A stretch of DNA of 59,133 bases, filler included. It is 6 parts of 6 records of this genome, joined end to end, with 100 filler letters (N's around TTAATTAATTAA, not from the genome) between each part and the next. Parts side by side here need not be neighbours in the genome. Positions count along the whole stretch, not along the records: positions 29,802 to 41,601 come from SRR31147125_23669; positions 41,702 to 47,035 come from SRR31147125_23686; 4 more parts are not named here. The stretch is one strand, 5' to 3'. This document shows positions 34,183 through 45,269 of the stretch, one piece after another (the first letter of the stretch is position 1; each line of letters begins with the position of its first letter). The notes below the pieces were generated by a model. The model did not search any database, was not told where the DNA came from, and saw only the letters and a program-made list of their open reading frames with translations. Made by a program: the position numbers and the translations under genes.

Positions 34183-35985
34183 TTAAAACCGGTATGAAAA
34201 ATTCAGAAAGAATAAATCATAATCTTTAAAGCGGCCAAACCAGGTCTCTTTATCCCCGAAGAAAAGACTTGTGCCGGCGATGCATTCCAAATTGGTGATA
34301 TAGGTGTATTTCAGGTAGGGGGAAACATAGTGGGAATTGTTATTCAGGGTAAGATTGAATTTGACTGCGCCCTGCATCCAGTCGGATATCAGGTCAACCC
34401 GCACTTCACCGAGAAGAGACAAGGTATCCTGATCAAAATAGAGAATATCATCTGAAAAATTGTCAATATGGGAATGCAAAAACTGGAGATTGACATAGGT
34501 GTTGTTTACACTGGTGTAATCTGCCCCCACAACATAGGTGAATGTATGGTGCCGGGTCGATGTCAGGGATGCGGTTAAAAAGGATTCGTATTCCTTCCAT
34601 ACAGCCTCCCCTCTCACCCCGAATTCCGCCCATGTGGTTTCAAATTCAAACCCGGCAGCCGTTGTTTTTTGATATTCCACCACAATGGGTTCATTGGTAA
34701 AATCTGCCGGATTTAAGCTGGATACTATATTTATGTCTGAAAAATCCCCTTGTACATTCAGATTCTTAATGGGAAAACTTTTAAAAAAGGGTATATCTTC
34801 AGTCATGCGGTGAAAGGTAACCCCCATATCTATTTCCCTGACCGTGGTTTGAAGGCGGAGTGCAAATTCCATCTCGTCTCCAGGGTCGGTTTCATGAACG
34901 GCCAGGCGGTTTATATAGGCTTTCAGTTCCTGGGAAGGCAGTGAATCCAGGAGTTCCTTTTTTATATGGCCGAAGACAGCCCAGTTGGTGTTGAAATAAT
35001 CTAATTTTGAGGGTTCGAAAAAAGGCACAATGACGCCTTCAAGGGTAAATGCGTCTGAGAAGAATCTGGCATTTGCCATCCAGACCGGTATTTTTCGATC
35101 TTCATAATCCGGAAGAATAAACTCCCTGAAATCTTCCGGGTTCAGGGTGTCAATTGGGCTGACCTGATCGGTTTTGCCCCATCGCAGGATCTGTTTCCCC
35201 AGTGAAATCCCATATTTTTTTTCTGTTTTTTCCCATTTGGCTTCGTATAGGCTGACCTCATAATCGTCGCTGCTGTTTTCACTGCCCCAATAAAGGTAGT
35301 CGGACAGGGCCGAAGCCGTCACCATGTTTTTATACTTGGCTTCAATAAGGATCCGGTTACGAAAAGCGGAATTGTTTTCGATGGTATCATTTTCATTGGC
35401 CTGGACAGATGCCTTTCCGTGGAATAAACCGGATATGGAAAGATCTGACGGCGTATCATTGATTTCGGTCTCTTCGAAAATATCATCCAGCCCTGCATCG
35501 TTTAATAATGCCCGGGATAATCCGGTGGGTGCTGGGGTGCCATTTTGCTGATTCAAGGTGTCGTCGGGCGATAAGATGATTTCAATTTCAGGCGTGTCCT
35601 TCTCTTCTCTTTTTTGAACCTTGAAAACGTAAGGTGTGTCCTTGTTGATATCCACCACAACCCTGACGACATCTTTTTTATACTGACTGGTGCGGATACC
35701 GGATATGATATTGCCCCGAATTTCTTTTATCCGGCTGACTTCGGGTAAAAATGCACTGTGAATATCCAGGACCACCCGTTCCGGGTTATGGAGAACAAAT
35801 AGGGTTGTTTTCGCAGGTTTTATGGTTTTGATAATGGCGGTTTCCCTTGTGCCCTGTGAGGCAAAAACCGTACTTTTGACCTGATTGCCGGGCAATGCTG
35901 ACGCATTTTCCGGAAACGTAAACCATACACCAAGACATGAAAATAAAAAGAGGATTGTGATTTTTCCGGGCAGGTTTTTTTTCAT
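34183..35985 (-). CDS. AMIN domain + DUF1302-like outer-membrane beta-barrel protein
   Basis: Signal peptide; FVLHNPERVVLDI...IRTSQY..VVRVVVD (AMIN); GKQILRWGKTDQVSPIDTLNP; terminal YRF; ATG 35985 after GAAGGAG. Confidence 0.72.
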   Translation of the reverse strand: MKKNLPGKITILFLFSCLGVWFTFPENASALPGNQVKSTVFASQGTRETAIIKTIKPAKTTLFVLHNPERVVLDIHSAFLPEVSRIKEIRGNIISGIRTSQYKKDVVRVVVDINKDTPYVFKVQKREEKDTPEIEIILSPDDTLNQQNGTPAPTGLSRALLNDAGLDDIFEETEINDTPSDLSISGLFHGKASVQANENDTIENNSAFRNRILIEAKYKNMVTASALSDYLYWGSENSSDDYEVSLYEAKWEKTEKKYGISLGKQILRWGKTDQVSPIDTLNPEDFREFILPDYEDRKIPVWMANARFFSDAFTLEGVIVPFFEPSKLDYFNTNWAVFGHIKKELLDSLPSQELKAYINRLAVHETDPGDEMEFALRLQTTVREIDMGVTFHRMTEDIPFFKSFPIKNLNVQGDFSDINIVSSLNPADFTNEPIVVEYQKTTAAGFEFETTWAEFGVRGEAVWKEYESFLTASLTSTRHHTFTYVVGADYTSVNNTYVNLQFLHSHIDNFSDDILYFDQDTLSLLGEVRVDLISDWMQGAVKFNLTLNNNSHYVSPYLKYTYITNLECIAGTSLFFGDKETWFGRFKDYDLFFLNFSYRF

Positions 35986-36026
35986 TGCTGCTCCTTCAAT
36001 GGGGGGTGATTGCTCAATAAGAGCAG

Positions 36027-36808
36027 TCATTCTGCAGGATCAGTAATTTTCGAGGTTTTTCCTGAGATATCTGTTTTGTCAATATGGGTATTATATATGA
36101 TATTTTCCAGTTTTATATAGGTTTTATGACCTTTTTTAAGGTCTTCCATGGCAGCAATGACTTCCGTCCATATACCCTGAATCTGATCCAGCTTTAAAAC
36201 GCTGTAGGTTTTGATCTGATGGTTTTTTCTATCAAAGAACTTTACCTGCACAGGCGTCAACGAGCGCTTTTCAATTAAGCTTATTGTCCTGCTGTACTGG
36301 GAGTCTGTCTCCGGCTTCGGACGTGACTCCAGAATATGGCAGTCATAGTCTCCCACTCTGGTATCGCCGGTTATTTTATAGGTATAATCGGCCACGGGAT
36401 GGCGCTCCATGTCCTCATAGGTAAAGTCGCTGTTCACAAACCGCTGGGCCTTTTGGGAGCTCACGATTCGCCGGGTTCGTTTCAGCGCAGGCAGATATAA
36501 AAATTGTTCTGTTTGCCAATTTGGTTTTTCAATGGTTAAAAATCCTGTTCCGTCTATATCTGCAGGAGAGGTGAACCGTGTGAGTTGCCGCTCCCGGCCG
36601 TTTTCTTCAAGCCTTTTGGTGGTGAAATGCCTGATTCTTTTTTTCCGCGTTTATTTACCAATACCATTTGGGCCGATGAGGCGGCATTCTGCCCCCTGTC
36701 CCGGTCAAAAACCTGCTGGGCCAGCTGCGCACCGGTAAGTTCCCCTGCAATGGCGAAATATGGTAAAATGAAAAGGGAGATAATAATTAAAAAGAATACC
36801 TGTTTCAT
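36027..36808 (-). CDS. Outer-membrane lipoprotein-sorting (LolA-like, DUF1329-type) protein, frameshifted in an A-run near 36640
   Basis: Joined reading RFTSPADIDGTGFL...QFLYLPALKRTRRI...FVNSDFTYEDM...SQYSR. Confidence 0.85.
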
Positions 36809-39090
36809 TGGTTTTCGATCTCCTCCATCAGGGTTTTTGCCTCTTGGGCGCCTGGGAAGGTCTCGCTGATTTCCAGGGCCTTGGCCAGTTCCTTAACCGC
36901 TGATGCTTTTTCTCCTTTTTTATGATACGCCAGGCCAAGGTGGTATCTGACCACAGGATTGTCAGGGAGTCTCAGAAGGCTGTCCTTAAATTCGGCAATG
37001 GCATTATTGTACAGCTGTTTTTTATAGTATACATATCCCATGGTATCCATGATACCCGGATCTTCCGGACGCGTGGACTTTGCTTTTTGGGCAAAGGCAA
37101 GGGCTTCGTCGTACTTTTCCGTCCGTTCAGCCAGGTGAAATGCAAGATTGTTGGCTGCGGCAGCATAATTGGGATTGATTTCAAGGGCCTTGCGATAGTG
37201 TTTTTCCGCAGCATCATAGTTTTTTTCAGCTTCATACTGTGTGGCGATGAGCATATGGGGCGCGGCCATATTGGGATCCTTGTCAATCAATGTCTGGTAT
37301 TGTTTTTTCGCCTGGGAAATATTTTTGGGTTAAATATATTCCGGCCAAGGCATTATAGGTATGCAGATAATCCGGATCGGCTTGTACCGCTTTGTAAAGC
37401 TCTGATTTTGCCTCCTCAACCTTTCTTTCGGCCAGGAATACTTTTGAACGGGTATTATGGACAAAGGCTATAATTCTTTTATCATCCGCGACATCTTTGC
37501 TTTGTTGTTTACAAAGGGCATGGGCTTTATCAAAATCCTTTTGGGCCAGAGCAATCTTAACCCGCAGGGTAAAGACATCAATGAGATATTTATTCAGAGA
37601 ATACGCTTTTTCGAGGAGAGGGATCGCCTGGTCAAATTGTCTGAATCCCGACTTCAGGTAAGCCAGGCGATAATACCCGGTGGGATTCTCAGGATCAAGT
37701 TCGATCATCCGGTTATAGTCGTTTTCAGCCTCTTTGAATTTTTTCTGGGATATGTATGCATTGCCCCGGATCATCAGGGCACGGTAACTGTCAGGATTGA
37801 GCTTCAGCACTTCCGAAGCCTGGCTTACGGCAAGGTCAAAGGACCGCTGTCTAAAATATATATCAGATAGAAGTAGGCGGGCCTTTGTATAATTCGGTTT
37901 AAATTCAACAGCCTTGAATACGGCTGCTGTAGCCTGGTTGGGATCACCCAATCCTATGTGGCAAAGGGCTTTGAAGTATTGAACCCTATGTGCCTTGGGC
38001 TCTTCTTTTTCAAGTGCGGTTAGGATGTTGAGAGCTCCCCTGAAATCCTTGTTGGAGATCAGGATTTCACTTTGAAGCATTCTGGCAGCATGATGCTTGG
38101 GCCGTATGTTAAGGATTTGTGCAACCTGGCTTTCAGCCTCATCCGATTTTTTCTGTGAATATAAAAAACGTGCAAAGACCAGGCGGATATTACTGTCTTC
38201 CGGATTCATTTCCATTGCTTTTTTATACAATGCTTCAGCCTTTTCTTTTTTACCGGTGACATTGTAGAATCCGGCCAATGTGATCAGAGGCCTGGCTTTA
38301 TCAGGCTGTATGTCAACGGCTTTTTTGTAGGCTGCCGCCGCTTTTTCCGGTTTTTTTGTCTTTAGATAAAAATTACCCAGAAAGATCTGGTGTTCGGCAT
38401 TTTCCGGATGCTCCCGGGTCGCAAGCAGCAATTGCTCTTCCGCTTTTTCCATTTTTTTCAAATTAAGGTAAAACTGGGTCAGCAGGAGCCTGGGTTTGCT
38501 CGTATCTTCGGCAGCCGCTACTGCCATAAGTAGAAATTTTTCAGCTTCATCGAATTTTTTTTCAAAAGCCATTGTGGCGGCCATTGCCTGGAGAGCGGCC
38601 ACATGATCCTTTTGAATATCAAGTATCTTTTTAAATATTGACTGTGCATTTTTGGGCTGTTTTTCCAGGAGCAGGATCTGCCCTTTTAAAAAAAGAGCAT
38701 CCAGGTGGTCGGGATTTATTTTGAGTATGGTTTCAATTCGTTTTTTGGTTTCCGGTACTTTTTTATCCAGAAAATAGAATTTCGCCACATTAATCAAGGC
38801 ATGGATATTTTGCCGATCAAGCTTTTCCACCCTTATATAGGTGCCAAAAGCCTGCCTGGCCTGTCCGAGTTTCATGTAGGTGTTACCGAGTTTTAACAGG
38901 GTGCCTATGTCATTGTTATTGATCTGCAAGGCATTTTTAAATTCTATTTCCGCTTTTTTATATTCCTTGGCTGAATAGTATTCATCCCCTTTTTGGATAT
39001 ACTTGGCTTTTTTTCTTCATTATTGGAACAGCCGGCAAGAGTAATCACGACAGCGATTAAAACCAGAATGACTCTGGAACGGATCTTCAT
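36805..39090 (-). CDS. PrsT-like TPR lipoprotein of the PEP-CTERM system; frameshifts in A-runs near 39010 and 37325
   Basis: MKIRSRVILVLIAVVITLAGC lipobox, then AEIEFKNALQ; TPR array; C-terminal AANNLA...IMDTMG.VYYK...VRYHLGLAY. Confidence 0.75.
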
Positions 39091-39176
39091 GAATTGCCTC
39101 CGAGCTCATTGAAAAGTGAATATGGCTTTTTAAAAGCGTTTATGATAACGCTTATATTTCAAATACAGTAAATATT

Positions 39177-40025
39177 ATGGGATGCAGATCCTTGTCAATT
39201 AAAAAGTATTCTAAAAAAATGCATATCCGCTGCGTTATTCTTTTAATTTCAGGACTTTTACTGGGGTGCATGCCGCGCCTGACCCATGCATGGTTCCACC
39301 ATCCTGCCGGATGTGATCATTTCCTGGTTTCTGAGGATCAGCGCGTCAAAGACAGGGTATCTGATACCTATATTTTTTTACAGAACAGAGCCGGATGCAA
39401 AGCAGGCCTTTTGCATAAGGGAATTTCGAGGGGCGGGGCAATGGCGGGTGCCGGCCAGATCAATATAAATATTCCCTTTGGCCTGCTATCAAAGACCGTG
39501 ATGAATCCGGAAGCCATGCTTGACCGGCGTATCGCCGCCAATCTGAGGCTTAAAAATCTGCTGGATCAGTATCTGTCCATGAAAAAAAGAAATGCTTTGC
39601 TCTTAGAGGATCTGCGAATTCCCTATCTGGAAGGAGAGCCAAAGGGAGAGGTTTCAACGCCTGAAATTGAACCTGCCCAGGAAATGAAGAGGAAAATTTC
39701 TCAGCTCATCCGTTTTCAGGAAAACGGAAGGGCCAGGCTGCCGGTGATGGAAGATTCCGGTTCATATAAGGCTTTGGCCGGCATAAAAAAGGGGAGCAGC
39801 CCGGAATCTTCCTTTAAAGAAAGCCGCCTCTCTCCTCCGGGTGAAGGGTATGGGGGGGCAGGCGTTTATCAATCAGCCTATGGGAAATCCAGTGAGCTGC
39901 CCTGGATTTTTGCCATGGGGTTGAGATTGATCCGGTATGTAATTACCCATAAATTTGAAATCCTGGCATGGGCGGCTGTCATGGTTGTGGCAGGTTTTAT
40001 CTGTGTTCTGGTGTTAAAACGATGA
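39177..40025 (+). CDS. Hypothetical exported protein with C-terminal transmembrane anchor
   Basis: 282-aa ORF, hydrophobic N-terminal stretch, C-terminal ILAWAAVMVVAGFICVLVLKR; true start may be ATG 39219. Confidence 0.6.
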   Translation: MGCRSLSIKKYSKKMHIRCVILLISGLLLGCMPRLTHAWFHHPAGCDHFLVSEDQRVKDRVSDTYIFLQNRAGCKAGLLHKGISRGGAMAGAGQININIPFGLLSKTVMNPEAMLDRRIAANLRLKNLLDQYLSMKKRNALLLEDLRIPYLEGEPKGEVSTPEIEPAQEMKRKISQLIRFQENGRARLPVMEDSGSYKALAGIKKGSSPESSFKESRLSPPGEGYGGAGVYQSAYGKSSELPWIFAMGLRLIRYVITHKFEILAWAAVMVVAGFICVLVLKR

Positions 40026-41601
40026 AAAAACGGCAAAAAAGGTATTTACCCTCGGGGTTGGTTTTTTGTCTTCGGTTGTTGTTGCCCTGGTTCTGATTGC
40101 GGGCCTGGTGTTCTGGCAGTTTTCCGGTTCGGCCGACTCCTTTGAAGACCAGGGGGATCATGCTTTTGCCCAGGGCGCCTATTCCAGCGCCCTTGAGTTT
40201 TGGGCCAGGGCTGCTGACCAGGTCAGGAATCCTGCGGGTATTTACCGGAAAATGGGGACGGCCTACCTGAAACTTTCCAATCTGGACCAGGCAGAGAACC
40301 GTTTTAAAAAAGCTGTGGAAAACGATCCCCTGGACCTTTGGAGTCAAAAAGAGGTGGTCCGGATTCTCCTGATTAAAGGGGATATGGACGGGGCTCAAAA
40401 ACTATTGTCCCGGCTTTTGGAGCAGCATCCCAAGGATCCTGGGGTTCTCATGCTTTCGGGAGACCGTTTCATGCTTCAGGGTGTCTTGAAAAAAGGGCAT
40501 GACGCATACCGAAAAGCGGTTGACCAGGCTTCAGGACAGCCCCGTCCTCTCCTTAAGCTGGCCATCTGTCTTCTGGAATTGAATAAAAAGGCGCCCTCCC
40601 TGGCGGCTGAAAAGATCCTGGCCCAATGCCTGGAAAAGGGGATTCGGGATCCCATGGATTTTATGCTTTTGGCTGACTATTATCTTCTGGCCGGGGATAA
40701 TATCAAGGCTGAAAAAATCATTCTCCATGCCGTTGAATCGGATCCCGAAAACCTGGGGTTCAAGCTTAGGCTCTGCCGGTTTTACAGGTCCGCCGGGATG
40801 GAAGACAGGGCGTCCGTTTATCTTGGCCAGCTTTTAAAGAAATATCCGGATCACGTCGGATTCAGGCTGATGCTGGCAGATCTTCAGCTCTCCCGCATGG
40901 ATATGGCAGCTGCCGAAGAGAGCTTAACCCGGTTGAAAAAAATGAAAGCCGGCGGCCCTGGATATCATTTACTCATGGGCAGGTTCTGGCTGTATAAGGG
41001 ACTCTACTCCCATGGGGTTTCCTATTTAAAGGCTGCCCTGGAGGAGAATTCCGGGCTGGTGGGCGCTTACTATCTTCTCGGGGTGGCCTATTTTGCAGGA
41101 GGTCAGACCAAGCTGGCTGAAAACGTGCTGGTCAATGCCCTGATGCTGGATCCCCTTCATATTGAATCCCTCATGGCTATGGCCGCCTTGAATTATAAGA
41201 GCCGGGAATATGATCTTTCCATTCAACATATTGATAGGCTATTGTCCCAGGATCCGTCCCATGCCGGGGCATGGCAGGTCAGGGGGCTTTGCCTCCTGGA
41301 AAAAGCGGAGTTTTCAGAGGCAACCCAGGCCTTTTCCAGGGCCTGGCATCTGGGCGGTGATGTGTCCTCCCTCTTTTTTCTGGGCCAGGCCCTGGAGGGA
41401 GAGGGGAAGACCCAGGCCGCCCTGGCGGCCTATGATGCGGTTTTTGAAACGGCCCCGGAAATGGTTGATGTGCTGAACCGTCTTACCGGGCTTTTGTCAG
41501 GTATTGGACGGGGCAAAGAGGTCCTTGGAAAAATTGACCGTCAGATCGAGCGGGGCAAAACCCATCCGGCCATCTATTATACAGGGGCCCGGATCAGCCT
41601 G
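40022..41601 (+). CDS. Membrane-anchored TPR protein (3' truncated; probable A-run frameshift just after the ATG)
   Basis: ATGA overlap with the upstream stop; N-terminal TM then repeated TPR helices. Confidence 0.78.
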
Positions 41602-41701
41602 NNNNNNNNNNNNNNNNNNNNNNNNNNNNNNNNNNNNNNNNNNNNTTAATTAATTAANNNNNNNNNNNNNNNNNNNNNNNNNNNNNNNNNNNNNNNNNNN
41701 N

Positions 41702-41730
41702 AAACAAACAAACAAACAAACAAACAAAAC
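41702..41730 (+). repeat. (AAAC)n microsatellite at contig end
   Basis: aaacaaacaaac... directly visible. Confidence 0.9.
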
Positions 41731-41785
41731 AGTGCACATACCTTTCGCTTGTTCCGCTCCTCCCTCCTTCCCGATGCCACCTCCG

Positions 41786-44700
41786 TTATGGGAATACGAC
41801 CGTCAATACACATGAGGTGTGTTCTGGGGCACAGTGCCAACCTTTCTCCTTCTCCGTCTTGGTCTTCTTAAGCACCGTGCCCTCTTCGTTCTCGGACGGA
41901 CGCTTCCCGGAAGAAGAGGCTTCCACACCGAGCGCTGGTAGATCCTCACGATCTCCCCACTTTTCTTCGCGTATGTCGGTCACACCGAACATCTGACGAA
42001 GATGGCCAATCTCTGTTTCTCCCATGTGTCAGAGAGAAAAAAGGGGGCGGTGGTCCTTACCCGTCTTTGCAACAAAGAGATTGAGGGTGTTGCGGCCTCT
42101 CCAGGCAGACAAACATACAGTTTGTGCAAATTCACTGGATTGAGTGTTCATCACTAACAGAAAATGACGAATGACACCAGCAAACGACGACACGCACAGT
42201 TCCCCGGCAGCTGGAGTGTAGACAACAGCGGAACATCCCATCTCTGTGATTCGCCAAGCAAATAAGGGGGGAGCACTCACTGTTCGTCATTACGTACTCA
42301 TCTCCATAAGCTCAGTTCGTGCAGGTTCCGCGAATTCCCCAACAGGCATGGATTTCCTTGAAAGGAGTTCCCTCATGGGCTTGAGTGAGAGTCGCACGAC
42401 ACGTCTGTCCAGGAGATTGAATCAGATACAAGGGCATCTCACACACCCGAGACTACTTTGTCATGAAGGGGAGGATGCTGGGAAGTCCCTCTTGACACAC
42501 ACGATAATTGCAATCTCCGCCTTTCTCAATCCGCTGAAAAGCTTTGAGGCCCGTCGCCACGGTCTGCACATACATCTAAGGGTGAGCACAAGGCCGCTTC
42601 TCGTTGTATGTACCCTAAGCTTGCCCTGTATGTCTAGTTCGAGAACATGCCGCACAGGTTTGGATACATAGTAGACCTTATTCAACTTCTCGCGTTCGCC
42701 TTCACTACGAGACATCAATTGCTCTCTTGGGAACGATGCCGTCAGTCCGTAGAAGTCGATCACTGTCTCGAAGAACGTGTTGTCCGATACGGGAAGATAG
42801 GGAGCTTCAGCATTGGGATACTTCTCGAACGTGGCACCTGTGGTGGCGTCCCCAGCGATGGATTCCTTCAATGTCTAGGGATAGAAATCGGCTTCTCCCA
42901 TGCGTTGCAGGAACAAGACCTACCTCGTCCCCTCCTTCCTCCTCTTCCTCTTCTTCTCTCTCCATCTCTTCTTCTTTTTGTTTGTTCTTTCCCTACATGA
43001 GGAAAGGTCACAAGGAGCAAACCACTAGCATCACGTCACGGCACGTCACACCTTTTCCTGAGAAGGCCATTGGCCCTGTGTGAACAAATCCTTGTCACGT
43101 ATCTCACAACACACGCTACACGCGCCATCGTACCGTCTTTCGGAACACGGATACGAAGAAGCCGCCCGTGTCTTGATCGTGTGGGTAGATCCTCATGCTA
43201 CACAACAGCCATCAACACACCTTCTTCAATCCCTATCCCCAGGCACCCCGGCCCACCAAAGCTCAAGATGCATCCACCCGCTTTCTTCCTCAGTCGGTGG
43301 GAAGTGGCTTGCACGAACAAGTGATTTGGGAGGAACCTCCTCGAAACAGGAAAACCATCGACCCTCCTTGTCCATTACCTTCTCACGTATGAATTGCACG
43401 GAATGAAAGAGGACGATAGTACCTTCCAGGATGTGATCCCAGGACGCCGAATAAACGCCGGCAGTTCGTCCGAGCAATCCACGAGTTCAAGAGTACCTGG
43501 GGAGATGTGTGAGCGATCCACACATGTGTACGATCGTATTCCATCCACACCCTTGTATGTGCGTAACACATCAGCCACAACTGCCTCGTTTTCCACAGGA
43601 TTCAACGAACATGTCGAGTACACAATGATTCCTATTCCCGCAGTCAGAGGCCATGCATCGTGGAGGGGAAAGACCCAGGCACCGTCTTGCTTGACAAGCT
43701 TGACTCCGCGCTTGAAGATTTTCGACTGGGTACGGTGAAGAACCAGCCCATTGTTCGCATGCCACTTCCCCCAGATATCAGGTGCCTTGCGAAGGGTTCC
43801 ATCTCCACTGAAATGTGTCCGGTGAGCATGAAAGAGGGACACATGCCGCCGCCAGGATGAACACACCTGCAGGGAACATCACACAACACCCGATCAAATT
43901 GGAGAGTGGAATCGAACGCCAGGCCCTTGGGAGCGTCCTCTGAGCGCTGAATAGAAACAAGAATGAATGGAAAAGGAAGAGATTGTACAATGTCCCTCCA
44001 GACCTTGTAGAAGGGTTTCAGATGAATAGGAAAGTGCTCTGCCTGACGATTCACAACAAGGATGTTGGCACTGCCAAGACGCTGCACATTTTCTCACACT
44101 CGATCCCTCTGTGGTTCACTCAACTACGTGCCTGGGTTTGATGTGTGAGCAGGTGACAACGTTTCCAATTCGAGTCGTTGGCGATTACCAGGCCCTCTGG
44201 GTCCACACCCTCTGGCTGAGCATACACGCAGGCAGGCGTGAGAGGACAGAACAACGGGAAGAGAGAAAAAAGACACACGGTCGATGAGTGAAGCCGCTCA
44301 AGAATCTGTGCCGTCTTCTGTCCGGGTGCCGCACACATGTCCAATACCTGAGGAGCATCAATCGAACATCAACACGGATAGGGAGAGTGGTACCCACTTT
44401 GTGTTGTGGCTCTACGTGGAGAAGAAGAGGAGGGATCATGCTCACGGCTTCCTGACGCGTCAGATGACCCTTCACAGAGAATCAATCACTACACCCAAGG
44501 ATCCTTCCTTCTCGCGTACCTCTTCGTTGGCGTTCACAAGGAACTTGTGGAATTCGTTAAACACCGGATTCTTGCGCACTTGCTTGCGTGATGAGCAGAA
44601 CTGCCACGCAAGTTCATCTGCATACCACGCAAGAGGTCGTGGAGGCTCCACCACCTGCTCCGGTGTGTTGATCCCTCCACACACCCTCTAGCCCTGAGGC

Positions 44701-45208
44701 ACCGCACACCTCCCCGTCGATCTCAACGCCCTTCATATGATCTACATAGTCTTTCTTCATTCCGTCTCGAATGTGTAAGGCAACTGGTGCTCCTCCCTAA
44801 GACAGGAAGGAAACGTAATCCACCACCACACGCACACTTGGTCGTCCCGTTAATGCGAAAGACCACAGGAAGAGGTGTACGCATCACATCAAGGAATTGA
44901 TCCCACTCCTTCTCAGGGATGATTCCTTGTGTCTGCAGAGAAGACAACGAACACGTGTGTTAGTCTCTTCCCCACACGTCCAACGCCGTTGGCCCGCCTC
45001 TCGTACCTTGTAGTACTCAACGAACTTGGTGTTCTCAACAGACTCTGCCTTCTCATAGTGGCTGGGTTACAACAACCCGTTCTTAACACACTCATCCGGG
45101 TCGGTGGGGACAGACGCACCGCCGTTCGTCTCCTCTCTCTCCCCCACGGTCCCGCCCATGCCCACGTCCACGTCCACGCCCACCCCCATGCCTCCGATTC
45201 TTGCCCAT
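41786..45208 (-). CDS. NSUN2: Eukaryotic multi-exon tRNA (cytosine-C5)-methyltransferase, NSUN2/Trm4/Ncl1 family
   Basis: Exons give [16 protein letters not shown].., [76 protein letters not shown] introns e.g. 45062-45119 and 44933-45006; 3' end approximate. Confidence 0.9.
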
Positions 45209-45269
45209 GGAAGAGCCTGGGGAGAGTGATCTCCCGTCCATGTTTACTCACGCAAGAAGTGATGACAGC

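Noticed and set aside
41702-41730. (AAAC)n as a telomeric repeat
   Set aside because: Short common microsatellite; the other end carries a different simple repeat, consistent with assembly breaks
45155-45192. Short tandem CCACGT/CCCATG repeats
   Set aside because: They encode the Gly/Arg-rich N-terminus of NSUN2; not CRISPR or a mobile-element end
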